From an uncultured Acidobacteriota bacterium (GTDB lineage Bacteria; Acidobacteriota; Thermoanaerobaculia; Gp7-AA8), in assembly GCA_963822445.1 (NCBI GenBank), contig CAWGHO010000001.1, positions 480,001 through 544,000 of the forward strand: 64,000 nucleotides of DNA. Direction: 5' to 3'. Both the position numbers and the translations under genes were made by a program. Each line of letters starts with the position of its first letter. Position 1 is the first letter of the stretch. The notes beneath the pieces were generated by a model, which was given only the letters and a program-made list of their open reading frames with translations, was not told the origin of the DNA and searched no databases. This document shows positions 19,309 to 28,771 of this stretch, piece after piece.

Positions 19309-19851
19309 TCAGAACATCTGAGGCTGCGCGAACTCGGCGACGTGATCGTGGATGTACTCCTCGGCGCGCGAGCGCACGTCGGCGTCCGCGGACGAGAGAA
19401 GCGTCACGAGGTCGTCGGGCGTCTTCAGCGTCGAGAACGTCTTCGTCGGCGCGACGTACACGACCGCTGGTTTCGAGCGCGCGACGAGACGCGCGACGTT
19501 CACGAGTGTGCCGGTGCTCTGCCCGTCCCACAACGCCAATCCAACGTCGGCTTCTTCGGCCATCGCGGCGTCCTTCGCCGTGAAGAAAGCAAAGTCGCGG
19601 GCACGATGCGGCGCATCGATCGCACGCACGCGCCAGTTGCCGATGTTGTTCCGACAATCGCCGGCGGTGCAGAAGACGAGGACGTTCGGGTAGCGCTGGT
19701 CGGCGAAGTAGGTCTGAATCGCTTTGTCGGCGCCGTTGGCATCGCCGACAAGGATCGTGAGCTCCCGGCGGATCATCTCTTCGAGGCGCGACTGAACCTC
19801 GGCCGGAAGCCGGGAGATTCGTCGAGAACCGGAAAGGAACACTTTCTTCAT
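19309..19851 (-). CDS. SLOG-superfamily (DprA/YspA-like) protein
   Basis: VFLSGSR, LVGDANGAD, KDAAMAEEAD and LWDGQSTGT match the SLOG pattern; ATGA-coupled to the PRTase. Confidence 0.75.
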   Translation of the reverse strand: MKKVFLSGSRRISRLPAEVQSRLEEMIRRELTILVGDANGADKAIQTYFADQRYPNVLVFCTAGDCRNNIGNWRVRAIDAPHRARDFAFFTAKDAAMAEEADVGLALWDGQSTGTLVNVARLVARSKPAVVYVAPTKTFSTLKTPDDLVTLLSSADADVRSRAEEYIHDHVAEFAQPQMF

Positions 19852-20432
19852 ACGCGCCGCGTCTTGGTCAGAGCGAATGCAAAGATGATAGCCGCTCCGG
19901 CGTTGGCGAGCGCAGCGGCGACGGCACCGAGAGTCGCGCCCGAGCGGATCAGGTCGTCCACAAGCAGCACGCGCTTGCCGCCGATCGCCCGCGCGTTCAC
20001 GGTGAGTGCGTCTTTCAGCACGGCTTCGCGTTCGTGGAACTCGCGAAGGTCCTTCAACTCAGCCGCGCCCGGGGCTTTCTTGGAGACCGCCTTCACGACG
20101 GGCACGTTAAAGCGGCGCGCGAGCTCGTCGGCGATCTGGTGAAGCGGCTGAACGCGACGCGTTCGTGTCGGCGGCGCGGGAACGATCACGTCGAACTTGA
20201 TGCGCCAGGTGCGGATGAATTTCTCGGCGATGGTGCCGATCTCCTCGAGCGCGGACGCGTCGTTTCGATACTTCAGGCGGTAGAGCAACTCCCCGACCTC
20301 GGTGCGATGCGTGTCGAATTGCTCACGCCCGAATTCGTCGTGGCCGAGGAACTCGCTGCCCGTGGAGTGAAGGTCAAGGACTCGGCCGTCTGCCCATGGG
20401 CCGTCAATCTTACGAGGGTTCGTTTTAGTCAC
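19848..20432 (-). CDS. ComF-like phosphoribosyltransferase
   Basis: VLLVDDLIRSGATL PRPP-binding loop; LLYRLKY and IVPAPP motifs. Confidence 0.88.
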   Translation of the reverse strand: MTKTNPRKIDGPWADGRVLDLHSTGSEFLGHDEFGREQFDTHRTEVGELLYRLKYRNDASALEEIGTIAEKFIRTWRIKFDVIVPAPPTRTRRVQPLHQIADELARRFNVPVVKAVSKKAPGAAELKDLREFHEREAVLKDALTVNARAIGGKRVLLVDDLIRSGATLGAVAAALANAGAAIIFAFALTKTRRV

Positions 20433-20483
20433 GCTTAAATTGTAGCTGCCGTGGACCAGTGAACATCGCGTCTTCGAAACAGT

Positions 20484-21338
20484 TCACGTGTTAGCGCTTC
20501 GGGCATTCCACTCGGCGGATAGGCGAGCGCGATTGCGCTCGTGTATAAAGCTCGGAATGAGCGGTGCAGCGGCTCGCCGGACGTGATACTCCGACATCAT
20601 CGCGGCCGCTTCAAGAACCGAAATATCCTGTCGTTCCAGAAGCCGGCGAGCTTTTCGCTCACACGCTTCGGCACCGTCGCGAAATCCCTTATACCCGAGC
20701 GCCTGCCGGCCAACGGTGGCAGAAAACGCGAAAACAACAACCGCAATCGCAACACGCGCAGTTGTGTCGAGCGCTGCAACCTGATCCGCCATCTCGATCG
20801 CCACTATGAGACTAATGAAACCAAATGCAAGGAGCATCACGAAGGCGACCGCATATGAGCGGAACATCTCGGCCGCCAAATATTTGCTCCACCACGCAGA
20901 CTCGTGAGTCTGGCGGACAGCACGCGTGGAACCGTGAGCGTCGTTCGCGGCGGCGAAGTATGGCTGGACTGCAGTCTCTCCGGCCTGGCTCTTCGACGTG
21001 ACCCTGGGCAGCGTGAGCCTGAGGTCGGCGATCTCCTCGATTGGAAGTGGCTGGCCGAAGCCTTCGTGCAAGTCGAGTTGCCGGAGTAGCCACTCTGCAA
21101 CGCTCTTGCGTTTCTCGGCCAAGTACGCGGCTATTTCTGCAGCAACTGCAGCCGCGGCGACAATCCAAACAGCGCCACGCGCGTACTCTGCGAAGACAAC
21201 GACCGTCAGACCAATGACGAAAGTGAGAATGCGCAGCACTACCGAAACGATCCAGCGATTCTTCGCCGACTCGAAAAGCAGCCGCAAAAAGATGCGAACA
21301 GAGGTGAGACTGAGCTCAGGTATAGATTGGGAACTCAT
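20484..21338 (-). CDS. Four-TM effector (S-4TM-like) of CBASS
   Basis: Two pairs of TM helices, HESAWWSKYLA and C-terminal APLIPSFIHERNRARL; overlaps the CD-NTase end. Confidence 0.7.
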   Translation of the reverse strand: MSSQSIPELSLTSVRIFLRLLFESAKNRWIVSVVLRILTFVIGLTVVVFAEYARGAVWIVAAAAVAAEIAAYLAEKRKSVAEWLLRQLDLHEGFGQPLPIEEIADLRLTLPRVTSKSQAGETAVQPYFAAANDAHGSTRAVRQTHESAWWSKYLAAEMFRSYAVAFVMLLAFGFISLIVAIEMADQVAALDTTARVAIAVVVFAFSATVGRQALGYKGFRDGAEACERKARRLLERQDISVLEAAAMMSEYHVRRAAAPLIPSFIHERNRARLSAEWNARSANT

Positions 21339-22320
21339 TGCCGAACACCGCACGCCAAGTTGTCTTCGCAGCCATGGAATGCCCGCGACGGTCGAGCGCT
21401 ACGGCGCGTTGCACCGCCTGGGAAGTCTTTCGTACTGCGAAGCGGTATCGTGCCTTCGTAGCGAGATTCACGTCGCGATCAAGCGCAGGTCCAAGATTCT
21501 TAGGATCGGGACAGGCCGCCATCAGGTGCGGATCTATGTTGGCAAAGAACCGAGCGAGATAGTCAGGAACAGACAAAGACGGAGGCGCGCCGTCAAAGAG
21601 ATTCAGTACTAGCGTCTCCAGATGGTACGACCCGAGCACCGGCTTGTGAGTTCGCTTGTTCCAGTACTTGATGAGTCGAATCGTGGGCCGCAGGAGACCG
21701 CCGTGGGCAGCATTGCAGCGGTCGATTCGTGCTGCATCAAGGCGCGGATCGGTCAGTGACCACTGCGCGCGGCCGTTGGGGATCGCGAAGACGAGATCGC
21801 CGGATTCGAGACGAATCGGGATCGCTGGTGCGATATCGAATGCCCAAGGCGTTGATGAGAGGTCAACGTTTACGACGTGCATATCTTTGCGAACGTCAGA
21901 GCGTCTGTAATGCGGCAGAGCCTGTACGTGATCTCGGAGCGCAAAAAGAAGCCGAGTCGAATTTAAGAAACCATTCTGCGCAAGCGTTGATAACGGATTC
22001 AGCGGATGCACGTGCAGCTGGTACCCGCCAAACGGCCAAGTCCTCAGCTCCGTACCCCAACCATCAAACAGCAGGAGGAGATCGAGATCGTCGAGAGGTT
22101 GCAGTTTCGTTCCTCGAGCGAAAGATCCGGACGGCAACCAGTAGCCGGTCGGAGCCGGGAACATAGTGCTGTCGAGGATGCGGTCGATGAGAAACTGCTG
22201 ACTGGATTTGGCGCGTTCCACTTGGGTTGATTCGAGATCGACGTGCTCGCGTCGGAACCTTGCGAATGCGTCGGCCACAGGAAAAAGGGACGGAGGAGGA
22301 CGAAGCGCGAATGTGCTCAT
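21316..22320 (-). CDS. CD-NTase / SMODS nucleotidyltransferase (CBASS cyclase)
   Basis: SGSFARGTKLQPLDDLDLLL (GS...DxD), FDIAPA, IPNG..W..TDPR, IRLIKYWN and SYHLE. Confidence 0.9.
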   Translation of the reverse strand: MSTFALRPPPSLFPVADAFARFRREHVDLESTQVERAKSSQQFLIDRILDSTMFPAPTGYWLPSGSFARGTKLQPLDDLDLLLLFDGWGTELRTWPFGGYQLHVHPLNPLSTLAQNGFLNSTRLLFALRDHVQALPHYRRSDVRKDMHVVNVDLSSTPWAFDIAPAIPIRLESGDLVFAIPNGRAQWSLTDPRLDAARIDRCNAAHGGLLRPTIRLIKYWNKRTHKPVLGSYHLETLVLNLFDGAPPSLSVPDYLARFFANIDPHLMAACPDPKNLGPALDRDVNLATKARYRFAVRKTSQAVQRAVALDRRGHSMAAKTTWRAVFGNEFPIYT

Positions 22321-22330
22321 CTACATGATC

Positions 22331-24202
22331 TCACTCTGCCGGTACCGACTCAGGCGTCAGCTGAGCGACTCCTGATGCGGGCTGCAGTTTGCCAAGTTTT
22401 GAGCCGAGTTCGCGCTTCACAGAGTTGTACACGTGGTAGCGGGGCATTACGACCGCAGTTAGTGCTTCTTCGGAGATGGCCTTCTCGATGTGTTCTGGTG
22501 ACCATTCGCGTGAATTACGAAGAGCTTGAGCGCCAATGACGGTCTCGACCAGAGATTGCTCGAACCACCCATGAACAGCCTCCGTCACTAGATCGCGGAT
22601 CGCAGTGGACGTCGGAAGGTCATGGCACCATTTATCGATCATGTCAGTGAAGACTCGAAAATCGGCATTGATGAGAAGGTGATTGAGTTCGGGAATGTAT
22701 CGTCCTGCGCGATCCTCAAAGTCCCCCGGCTCGCGCGTACCGTTCTTAACGCTGACCCAATCAACTTTGGGGAATAGATCCGGCCGGACGCGATCTCCCG
22801 GCGCACCGTCTGTTTTAAGAAAGACGGCATATATCCCTCCCGCCTGGCCACCCTTTGTCCCGGACCGTGAAGTTGATGCGGTCGTTGAGCCACCGGCACC
22901 TCTCGGTTCACCACCGCGAACCGTTTCGTCGGGGTCGACCCGCAGAGACCCGTTTGGCGTTACCCGATAGCGGCTGACTTTATAGAGATCTAGAATTTGC
23001 TTGAGCCGTTCCCGGATGGATTGAGAGTGATCCGATGCGGAGGATGCTGCCGCTTTTTCTTCGATCAATTGCTGAATTGCCTTGGGCATGGCAGCTCGAA
23101 ATTCCGAGGCCCAGTCGCTCCACGGCAAGGGTTCTCTATGGATGAGAAGCTGCGTGCGAGCCGTGTTCGTCGTAATGAGCTTGCCATCCTCGCCCAGCGG
23201 TTCAACGTAGATGACAACTTGCCGATGGCCAAAAAGTACCCCGAACTGCTGTAGCTTCGCCATTCCTGGGCGCGCCGTCGCAAGTTCATAAAGCTCACCG
23301 CGGTAGAGCGCGGCGACATGACCGGATGATTCGATAAAGCCGGAGTTCTGAGATAGCGAGTCGTCGTCGCGAAGAATCCACCAATGAGCTGTGGCATTTG
23401 ACAGGGAGACCGTGCCGGATCCGACAGCGTGCTTCTGCAGATACTCGCGCTGGCCCGTTAGCGTGCGAAGCAAGTTGCGATCTTTGTCGGAGCGTGGTGT
23501 TTTCCAGCCCTCGCGCGCCTTGACTGTTATGCCGGAAGGAAATTCAAAAAAGCGACTGTTGAGATACTTGCTGATCCATCGCGATGGAGAGGAGGCCCCG
23601 GGCGGCGCTGTCATCGTATCGGCATTCGGCGAATTGCCCATGAGCAACACCATGGTGCCGTGATCAGCGATTAGCGGTGGACGAACGGTATCGTCAACTT
23701 CGACAAAGTGAGTCCAACCGCCATCGGGTAGCGGAAACTGCCGCAGTCCGTACTGACCGGTTTCAGGATCGCGCCACAAATGAAGCATCGTCCCGCGGCC
23801 GTTCTTCCAAGATAGGTAGATGAGGCCGTGGTGATTGCGCGTGGCAGCGGCGATCTTTGCTCCGACACCAAAGTTCCCCGTGAGTGACTGCTCGGAAACG
23901 GACGACGAGAGCTGGTTAAGGTACTTAACCATTTCGTCGCCTGTCATCCCCTCGCCGGTGTCGGTAATTGAGAGCTTGTAGGCGCCCGTTTCGTCTAGCT
24001 CAAACGAGTTCCAGTCAACGTCCCATACGATCTCGCCCGTACGATCAGGCGTGCGCTGAATGGCCTCGATGGCATTTTGGGTCAGCTCACGGAGAAACTG
24101 CAGGGGATGACAGTCTTCGCCCAGACGGTCGAGCAGGAAACCAGTGTTGGCTACTTTGAGTGGGTAAGTCTTCTCGGACGACAAGCGGAGCGGCTTCGCC
24201 AT
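22331..24202 (-). CDS. GHKL (MORC/Hsp90-like) ATPase with an unknown C-terminal region
   Basis: LRELTQNAIEA, ITDTGEGM, GNFGVGAK and HGTMV motifs; GGAGG SD before ATG 24202. Confidence 0.85.
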   Translation of the reverse strand: MAKPLRLSSEKTYPLKVANTGFLLDRLGEDCHPLQFLRELTQNAIEAIQRTPDRTGEIVWDVDWNSFELDETGAYKLSITDTGEGMTGDEMVKYLNQLSSSVSEQSLTGNFGVGAKIAAATRNHHGLIYLSWKNGRGTMLHLWRDPETGQYGLRQFPLPDGGWTHFVEVDDTVRPPLIADHGTMVLLMGNSPNADTMTAPPGASSPSRWISKYLNSRFFEFPSGITVKAREGWKTPRSDKDRNLLRTLTGQREYLQKHAVGSGTVSLSNATAHWWILRDDDSLSQNSGFIESSGHVAALYRGELYELATARPGMAKLQQFGVLFGHRQVVIYVEPLGEDGKLITTNTARTQLLIHREPLPWSDWASEFRAAMPKAIQQLIEEKAAASSASDHSQSIRERLKQILDLYKVSRYRVTPNGSLRVDPDETVRGGEPRGAGGSTTASTSRSGTKGGQAGGIYAVFLKTDGAPGDRVRPDLFPKVDWVSVKNGTREPGDFEDRAGRYIPELNHLLINADFRVFTDMIDKWCHDLPTSTAIRDLVTEAVHGWFEQSLVETVIGAQALRNSREWSPEHIEKAISEEALTAVVMPRYHVYNSVKRELGSKLGKLQPASGVAQLTPESVPAE

Positions 24203-24436
24203 CAAAATCCTCCATCGCGGGTCGGTAGGTGTGCGACCTCCCCACGTTTGAGTGTCGCGGCCGGCCGGCGGCAATGGGGAGCAACTCGCTCGCGATCGCG
24301 TGCCGGGCCAAGTCAACGACTGTTACAGCAAAGTATACCTGACGCAGCGGAGGGTCGAGCGGAGATGATCGCTACGAGGGAAGCTACGAGTTGCCGCACC
24401 GGCGAGATGCCTCAAATGCCAACGCGGGGGGGCGCC

Positions 24437-24746
24437 GGCGCGGCGCTTGCCCGCGGGACACGCGCGTGCACCACACGGACACCCGCTGCAAGCGACGTGA
24501 CGGCGCATGGGCGGTGGAAACGTGCGGCCGCGACGAGCGAACCCACAGGCGATGGGAGGGTGGGAAGTGGCGGCGCCGTTTTTGCGGCCGAGCCGCGCCG
24601 CTTTCATCCCATCGTTCTGCAAAAACGGTGACGCCACGAGGGGGCCGGCGATCTACACCCGGTGGACAACGCGACGCGCACGCAAGGTGCGTTGAACGAT
24701 CGACGAAGCGACCCATGTGCGTGATGGGCGGGCCGTGGGCGGAACA
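24437..24746. repeat. Hairpin-repeat cassette 1 (2 units + terminal motif)
   Basis: GGCGC-N5-TTGC...GCAA-N5-GTGAC at 24437-24501 and 24572-24632; terminal motif at 24718-24746. Confidence 0.8.
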
Positions 24747-24807
24747 TAAGAGAGAACTGGCGATCCCCGCGGCAACACCGCTCCATGCGATGCGCGTGCG
24801 GCTGCAA

Positions 24808-26295
24808 TTAGGTCGTCCGGCACGGGCATTGTGCGTAAATCTCACCACTGCCGCATGGGCAGGGACCGTCGGCGACTTTACGAGCCAGGGTTTGGAGAAA
24901 TTCCGGCGGTCTTTCGTTATATTCCGCGGGAAAGATCATTTGCGACTCGACTGGGCGTCTCTTACGGTGGAGTTCTCCCGCGGTTTGTGCGTCTTCTGCC
25001 GACCAGATGCGTGCGTTGAAGTACATGAGGTCTTCGGAACGATCAACATGATTGAATCCGGCCTCCCCCGCGATCCCAATGATGTCCGTGGCGCTGGGGT
25101 GGCGATGCTTGAGAAGGCGGCACTCGGTTTCCAGGATCGCGGCACGACGTTCGCGATATTCTTCGTACGTCATTGACGCAAGTCGCGGAACGAATAGGAA
25201 GATCCAGCACGTCTCGTCTGCGTCACTTGGCACCAAACAACGTGTGTACGTATCGGTGGGAGTTGATTTCGTAAGACCTTCTAGCCACATCCGCCCCAAT
25301 GTTCGGCGACGCACTCGGCCCTCGCGAGCCATGAAGCGAAGAATAAGCTCTGAATCACTAAAGGAATCGTGCGGGTATGCAAACCATCGCCGGTCGTCGA
25401 GCGTGTTCGTAGCTGAAGCGTCGATCATGCGGTCCCACGCATAACTGAGATCGTTCAGTTCTTGCTCGTGCTTCCACCAACCGGAAGCCTCTAGTTGTTG
25501 CCACTGACCTTCGTCAATTTGGATCCCTTCCGACGTTAACTCCACGGCGAAAACACGCTGACCGAAGGGGCCGACGTTAGGCAGGTAGGCCGCCAGAAGG
25601 TCCTCCTCTGAACGCGCAAGCAAGGGTATCGGCGACCGCAAAAGTTCTTCCTTCGCGGCAAGATAGTCGACGAAATCTGTGATGGTGTCGAGAGAACGCA
25701 GCACGATTGGAAGGGACGCGTCGTCGAAGATGTGGACGAACGTTTTTGTGGGACATAGTTCCCCGGCCGTGAAAGGTTTTTTCAGGAGGTCGTCTTCTGC
25801 AAGCATGTTTGTGACTACGAGTCCGCCGGTACCGCCGAGAGCTTGGCGGGTTCGCTGGACTGAGCCGTGCGCCACTACTAGCAGATGGTATTTTGCGTCT
25901 GCGAATGAAGGGATGGACACCGGGAATCTTTGCTTACAAGCTCGGTCAACAAAGATTCGATCAGGATGATCTTTGACCCATCGTTCGGCACCCCGCAGTT
26001 GCTTCTCCGCGGCAAGGACACTTCGTCGGTACCACCGACTCCAGTCGAGTTCTGAGTTCTCGGTCGATGGGAAAACGCAATGTTTGTCGGAAAAGATCAG
26101 TATATGGTTTTCAAACACGACCAAGAGGTCGCAGAGTTCCTTCCCCTCACCGGTTTGACTGACACCCTTGTCTTGGTAGACGCAAGGGTAGCTCCATAGA
26201 CGTAGAAACGTGCCTTCGCAGAGTTCAGCGACAAATCTTTCGGATTCCGTTGTCGGCGAAGACTTCCTGATCGGATCGCGTTCTCGTTCGTCCAC
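24808..26295 (-). CDS. NERD-like nuclease-domain protein with a C-terminal SEC-C motif
   Basis: GKELCDLLVVFENHILIFSDK (PD-(D/E)xK-like) and CPCGSGEIYAQC. Confidence 0.7.
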   Translation of the reverse strand: MDERERDPIRKSSPTTESERFVAELCEGTFLRLWSYPCVYQDKGVSQTGEGKELCDLLVVFENHILIFSDKHCVFPSTENSELDWSRWYRRSVLAAEKQLRGAERWVKDHPDRIFVDRACKQRFPVSIPSFADAKYHLLVVAHGSVQRTRQALGGTGGLVVTNMLAEDDLLKKPFTAGELCPTKTFVHIFDDASLPIVLRSLDTITDFVDYLAAKEELLRSPIPLLARSEEDLLAAYLPNVGPFGQRVFAVELTSEGIQIDEGQWQQLEASGWWKHEQELNDLSYAWDRMIDASATNTLDDRRWFAYPHDSFSDSELILRFMAREGRVRRRTLGRMWLEGLTKSTPTDTYTRCLVPSDADETCWIFLFVPRLASMTYEEYRERRAAILETECRLLKHRHPSATDIIGIAGEAGFNHVDRSEDLMYFNARIWSAEDAQTAGELHRKRRPVESQMIFPAEYNERPPEFLQTLARKVADGPCPCGSGEIYAQCPCRTT

Positions 26296-26465
26296 GAGAG
26301 GCGCAATGCAAGGGTGCCGTCATTTCTTCCGCTAGTTCGGTCGAGCTTACTAGTTCGGCGGCTTCCACTCAGCGTAGAACAGTGCAGTGTGCATAGCGCT
26401 ATCGAGCCCGAAGGAGAGCGGGTGATGTTGAAGTGAAGCGGGACATTTCCGCAGAATTTCCCACG

Positions 26466-26771
26466 ATGGCTGCGGAAATCACCACACGGAAGGTCGGAAC
26501 GAAGTGGCACGGCTACATCGCTGGCCGGCCGGACCTCGATGAGACCGCGCTGACGGAAGAAGCGGTGCGGCGGAAGATGGAACAGTTGCGCGATCGCATC
26601 GGAGCATGCGGCGCGAAGACGAAGATGTTCGGTGGACGAACGTGTGAACTGATCGCGGGCCACCACGAGCACGGCGAAAGGTACAACGTTCATCGAAGCG
26701 GGACCATCACATGGTTCGATGTGCCGCCGGATGAACCGCGCGATCGCGAGAAGGTTGGGCGGGCGGCATAG
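26466..26771 (+). CDS. Small hypothetical protein with a possible Cys/His metal site
   Basis: ACGAK...TCELIAGHHEH...H pattern; coding-like composition. Confidence 0.55.
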   Translation: MAAEITTRKVGTKWHGYIAGRPDLDETALTEEAVRRKMEQLRDRIGACGAKTKMFGGRTCELIAGHHEHGERYNVHRSGTITWFDVPPDEPRDREKVGRAA

Positions 26772-27428
26772 GCCCCGGGCGGGAGCCGCGCCGCCGGCGC
26801 CGGGGGCCGCGGAGCCGATGTGCGGCCGAAGCTGCGGCCCGAGGGCGGGCGGTGGCGGACGGGCCGCGCTCGGCCGCACATGGGCTCCGCGGCGGGAGGG
26901 CGGAAGCGCCGGGCCGCGGAGCGCAGCTTCGGCGGCAGGGGGCGCGGGCGGCGGCGCGGCCGAAGGTGCGCGGAGCGGCAGCGCGCGAGCCGAAGGCGAG
27001 CGCGCGCGGCGCGGCGAGGGGGAAACGTGCAGCGCCGATGCAGCACGCCACCGACGGCGAGGCGCACCGCGACCAACGGAAGCGGTGCGCCGGTCAAGCC
27101 GCTGGTGGCGCTGGCGAGACAGTTTGCTGCGCTCTCGGCAGAGAAATGGCCACTGGTTGACGGAACCCCGCGAGGTTGGGGCGCGGCGGCGTGAGCCGCG
27201 CCCCAACGAGCGGGCGGGGGCCTGGGTGGGAGCCGCGGCGCAGGGCGCTGCGAAGCTGCGCCCTGCGAGCAGCGCGCGGCGGACGCGCGCGGAGGTGGAG
27301 CCGGGGGGCGCGCCGCCTGCGCTGCGGCCGCGGCGAGGGGGAAGCTGCGGCCGCGACGCAGTAGCGGACGACGACGCACGCGGCGAATAAGGGTTGGGCG
27401 GTGGAGGGTGCGGCCATGGAAAGCGATC

Positions 27429-27574
27429 GCGCCTAAGGCTCGGCTAAGCTGCGTGGACCGCTTGAAAGTGATTCGCAGCGGGAACCTCCCCAGCGCGCTG
27501 CACGCGAGCGAGTGGAAACGCGCGGAGCCACGAAGCAGCGGGCCACGACAGCTTCAGCCGCGACCGTTAGGCGC
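27429..27574. repeat. attC-like recombination site
   Basis: GCGCCTAAGG..CGGCTAAGCTGCGTGGACCGCT / AGCGGGCCACGACAGCTTCAGCCG...CCGTTAGGCGC; long stem with unpaired extra bases and a GTTAGGC box. The partner box lacks one base. Confidence 0.6.
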
Positions 27575-27670
27575 AGCCACAGGCGCACACGTCGCGCATG
27601 CACGAGGACGGGCGTGGAAGCGCGCGGGCTCCGGGACGCCCGAAAGGCCACAGGCGAGGCGGCGCGGCGT

Positions 27671-28161
27671 GGCGCGACCGTTGCCGCGCGCACGGATCGC
27701 ATTCCTTTTCGCGCGCGCCTGCAACGGGCGTGACACGGCGCGGGCTTCACGAGGATCCGGGAAACGTGACGAGCTCGCGGGGTCGGGCGCGGGCAGCAAA
27801 AGCAATGTCGTCGGCGCGCCGGCGCGGCGTTTGCCCGCGCTGACGAGGCGCCACGCGAAAGAAGCCCGCTGCAAACGGCGTGACCGCGCGCGGGAGGGGG
27901 AAACGTGCAGCCGCGCAGAGCAAACCGACGGCGCGGGAGGGCGTGCAGCTGGCGGCGCCGTTTTTGCGGCTGGGCCGCGCCCGTTTCACCATGCCGATCT
28001 GCAAAAACCGTGACACCAGCGAGGGGGCGCGCGCTACCGCGGTAGCAGCGCACTGTAAACGAAACTTGCGCGCCGCGCGGGCGCGCGAAGGTGCGCTGCG
28101 CGTCGCGCGAACATCGCCATGCAACGAGCAGTTGCGTGATGGGCGGGCTGTGGACGGAACA
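27671..28161. repeat. Hairpin-repeat cassette 2 (3 units + 31-bp terminal motif)
   Basis: Units at 27671-27734, 27821-27884 and 27954-28014; terminal motif at 28131-28161. Confidence 0.82.
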
Positions 28162-28343
28162 AAAAAAATGAACGAACAACAATAGGGATTGTGACTATGG
28201 GACAAGCGTGCTCGCCGCGCGAGCGCGAGGACCCCGGCGCACCAGGAGCGCGGACAACCTCATGACCCGCACAAGCCACACGGGCGGGCGGTGGAGCGGT
28301 GCCTGTCGCGATGCCCTTCCCTACTTGCGGGGGCGGGAGCCGC

Positions 28344-28771
28344 GGCGCGGCCGTTGCGTGCGGGCGGCGCGCGACAGCGCGACGTCCCGCATGCAACGGA
28401 CGTGACGCGGCGAGGGCGGGGGGCGGGCGGGTGGTCCGCGATGCGCGTGCCACTCGCGCGGGGGGAAGCGGCGCGCCCGTTGCCGCGAGCACGGCGGCTT
28501 CATCGCGGTCCGAGCATGCAACGGGCGTGACGCGAGGGCGGGCGGGTGTCGCATCCGCGCCGAACGTGCCACTCGCGCGGGCGGGAGCCGCGCGGCGCGA
28601 CCGTTGCCAGCGAAGCACGGCCGCTTCATCGCGGTGCAAGCGTGCAACGGGCGTGACGCGGCGAGGGTGGGCGGGGTCGGGTCGGACGTGTTCGCGAGCA
28701 ACACGCGCCGCGGATCGGCGCATGTCGATCGGAGCGTGCAGTTGCGTGATGGGCGGGCTGTGGACGGAACA
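28344..28771. repeat. Hairpin-repeat cassette 3 (3 units, ~125-bp period, + 31-bp terminal motif)
   Basis: Units at 28344-28406, 28470-28531 and 28594-28657; terminal motif at 28741-28771 is identical to 28131-28161. Confidence 0.85.

Noticed and set aside
24437-28771. CRISPR or TIGR array interpretation of the periodic repeats
   Set aside because: Repeats are bipartite and degenerate with a 124-150 bp period, some loops resemble each other, and no cas or Nop-domain gene was recognised.
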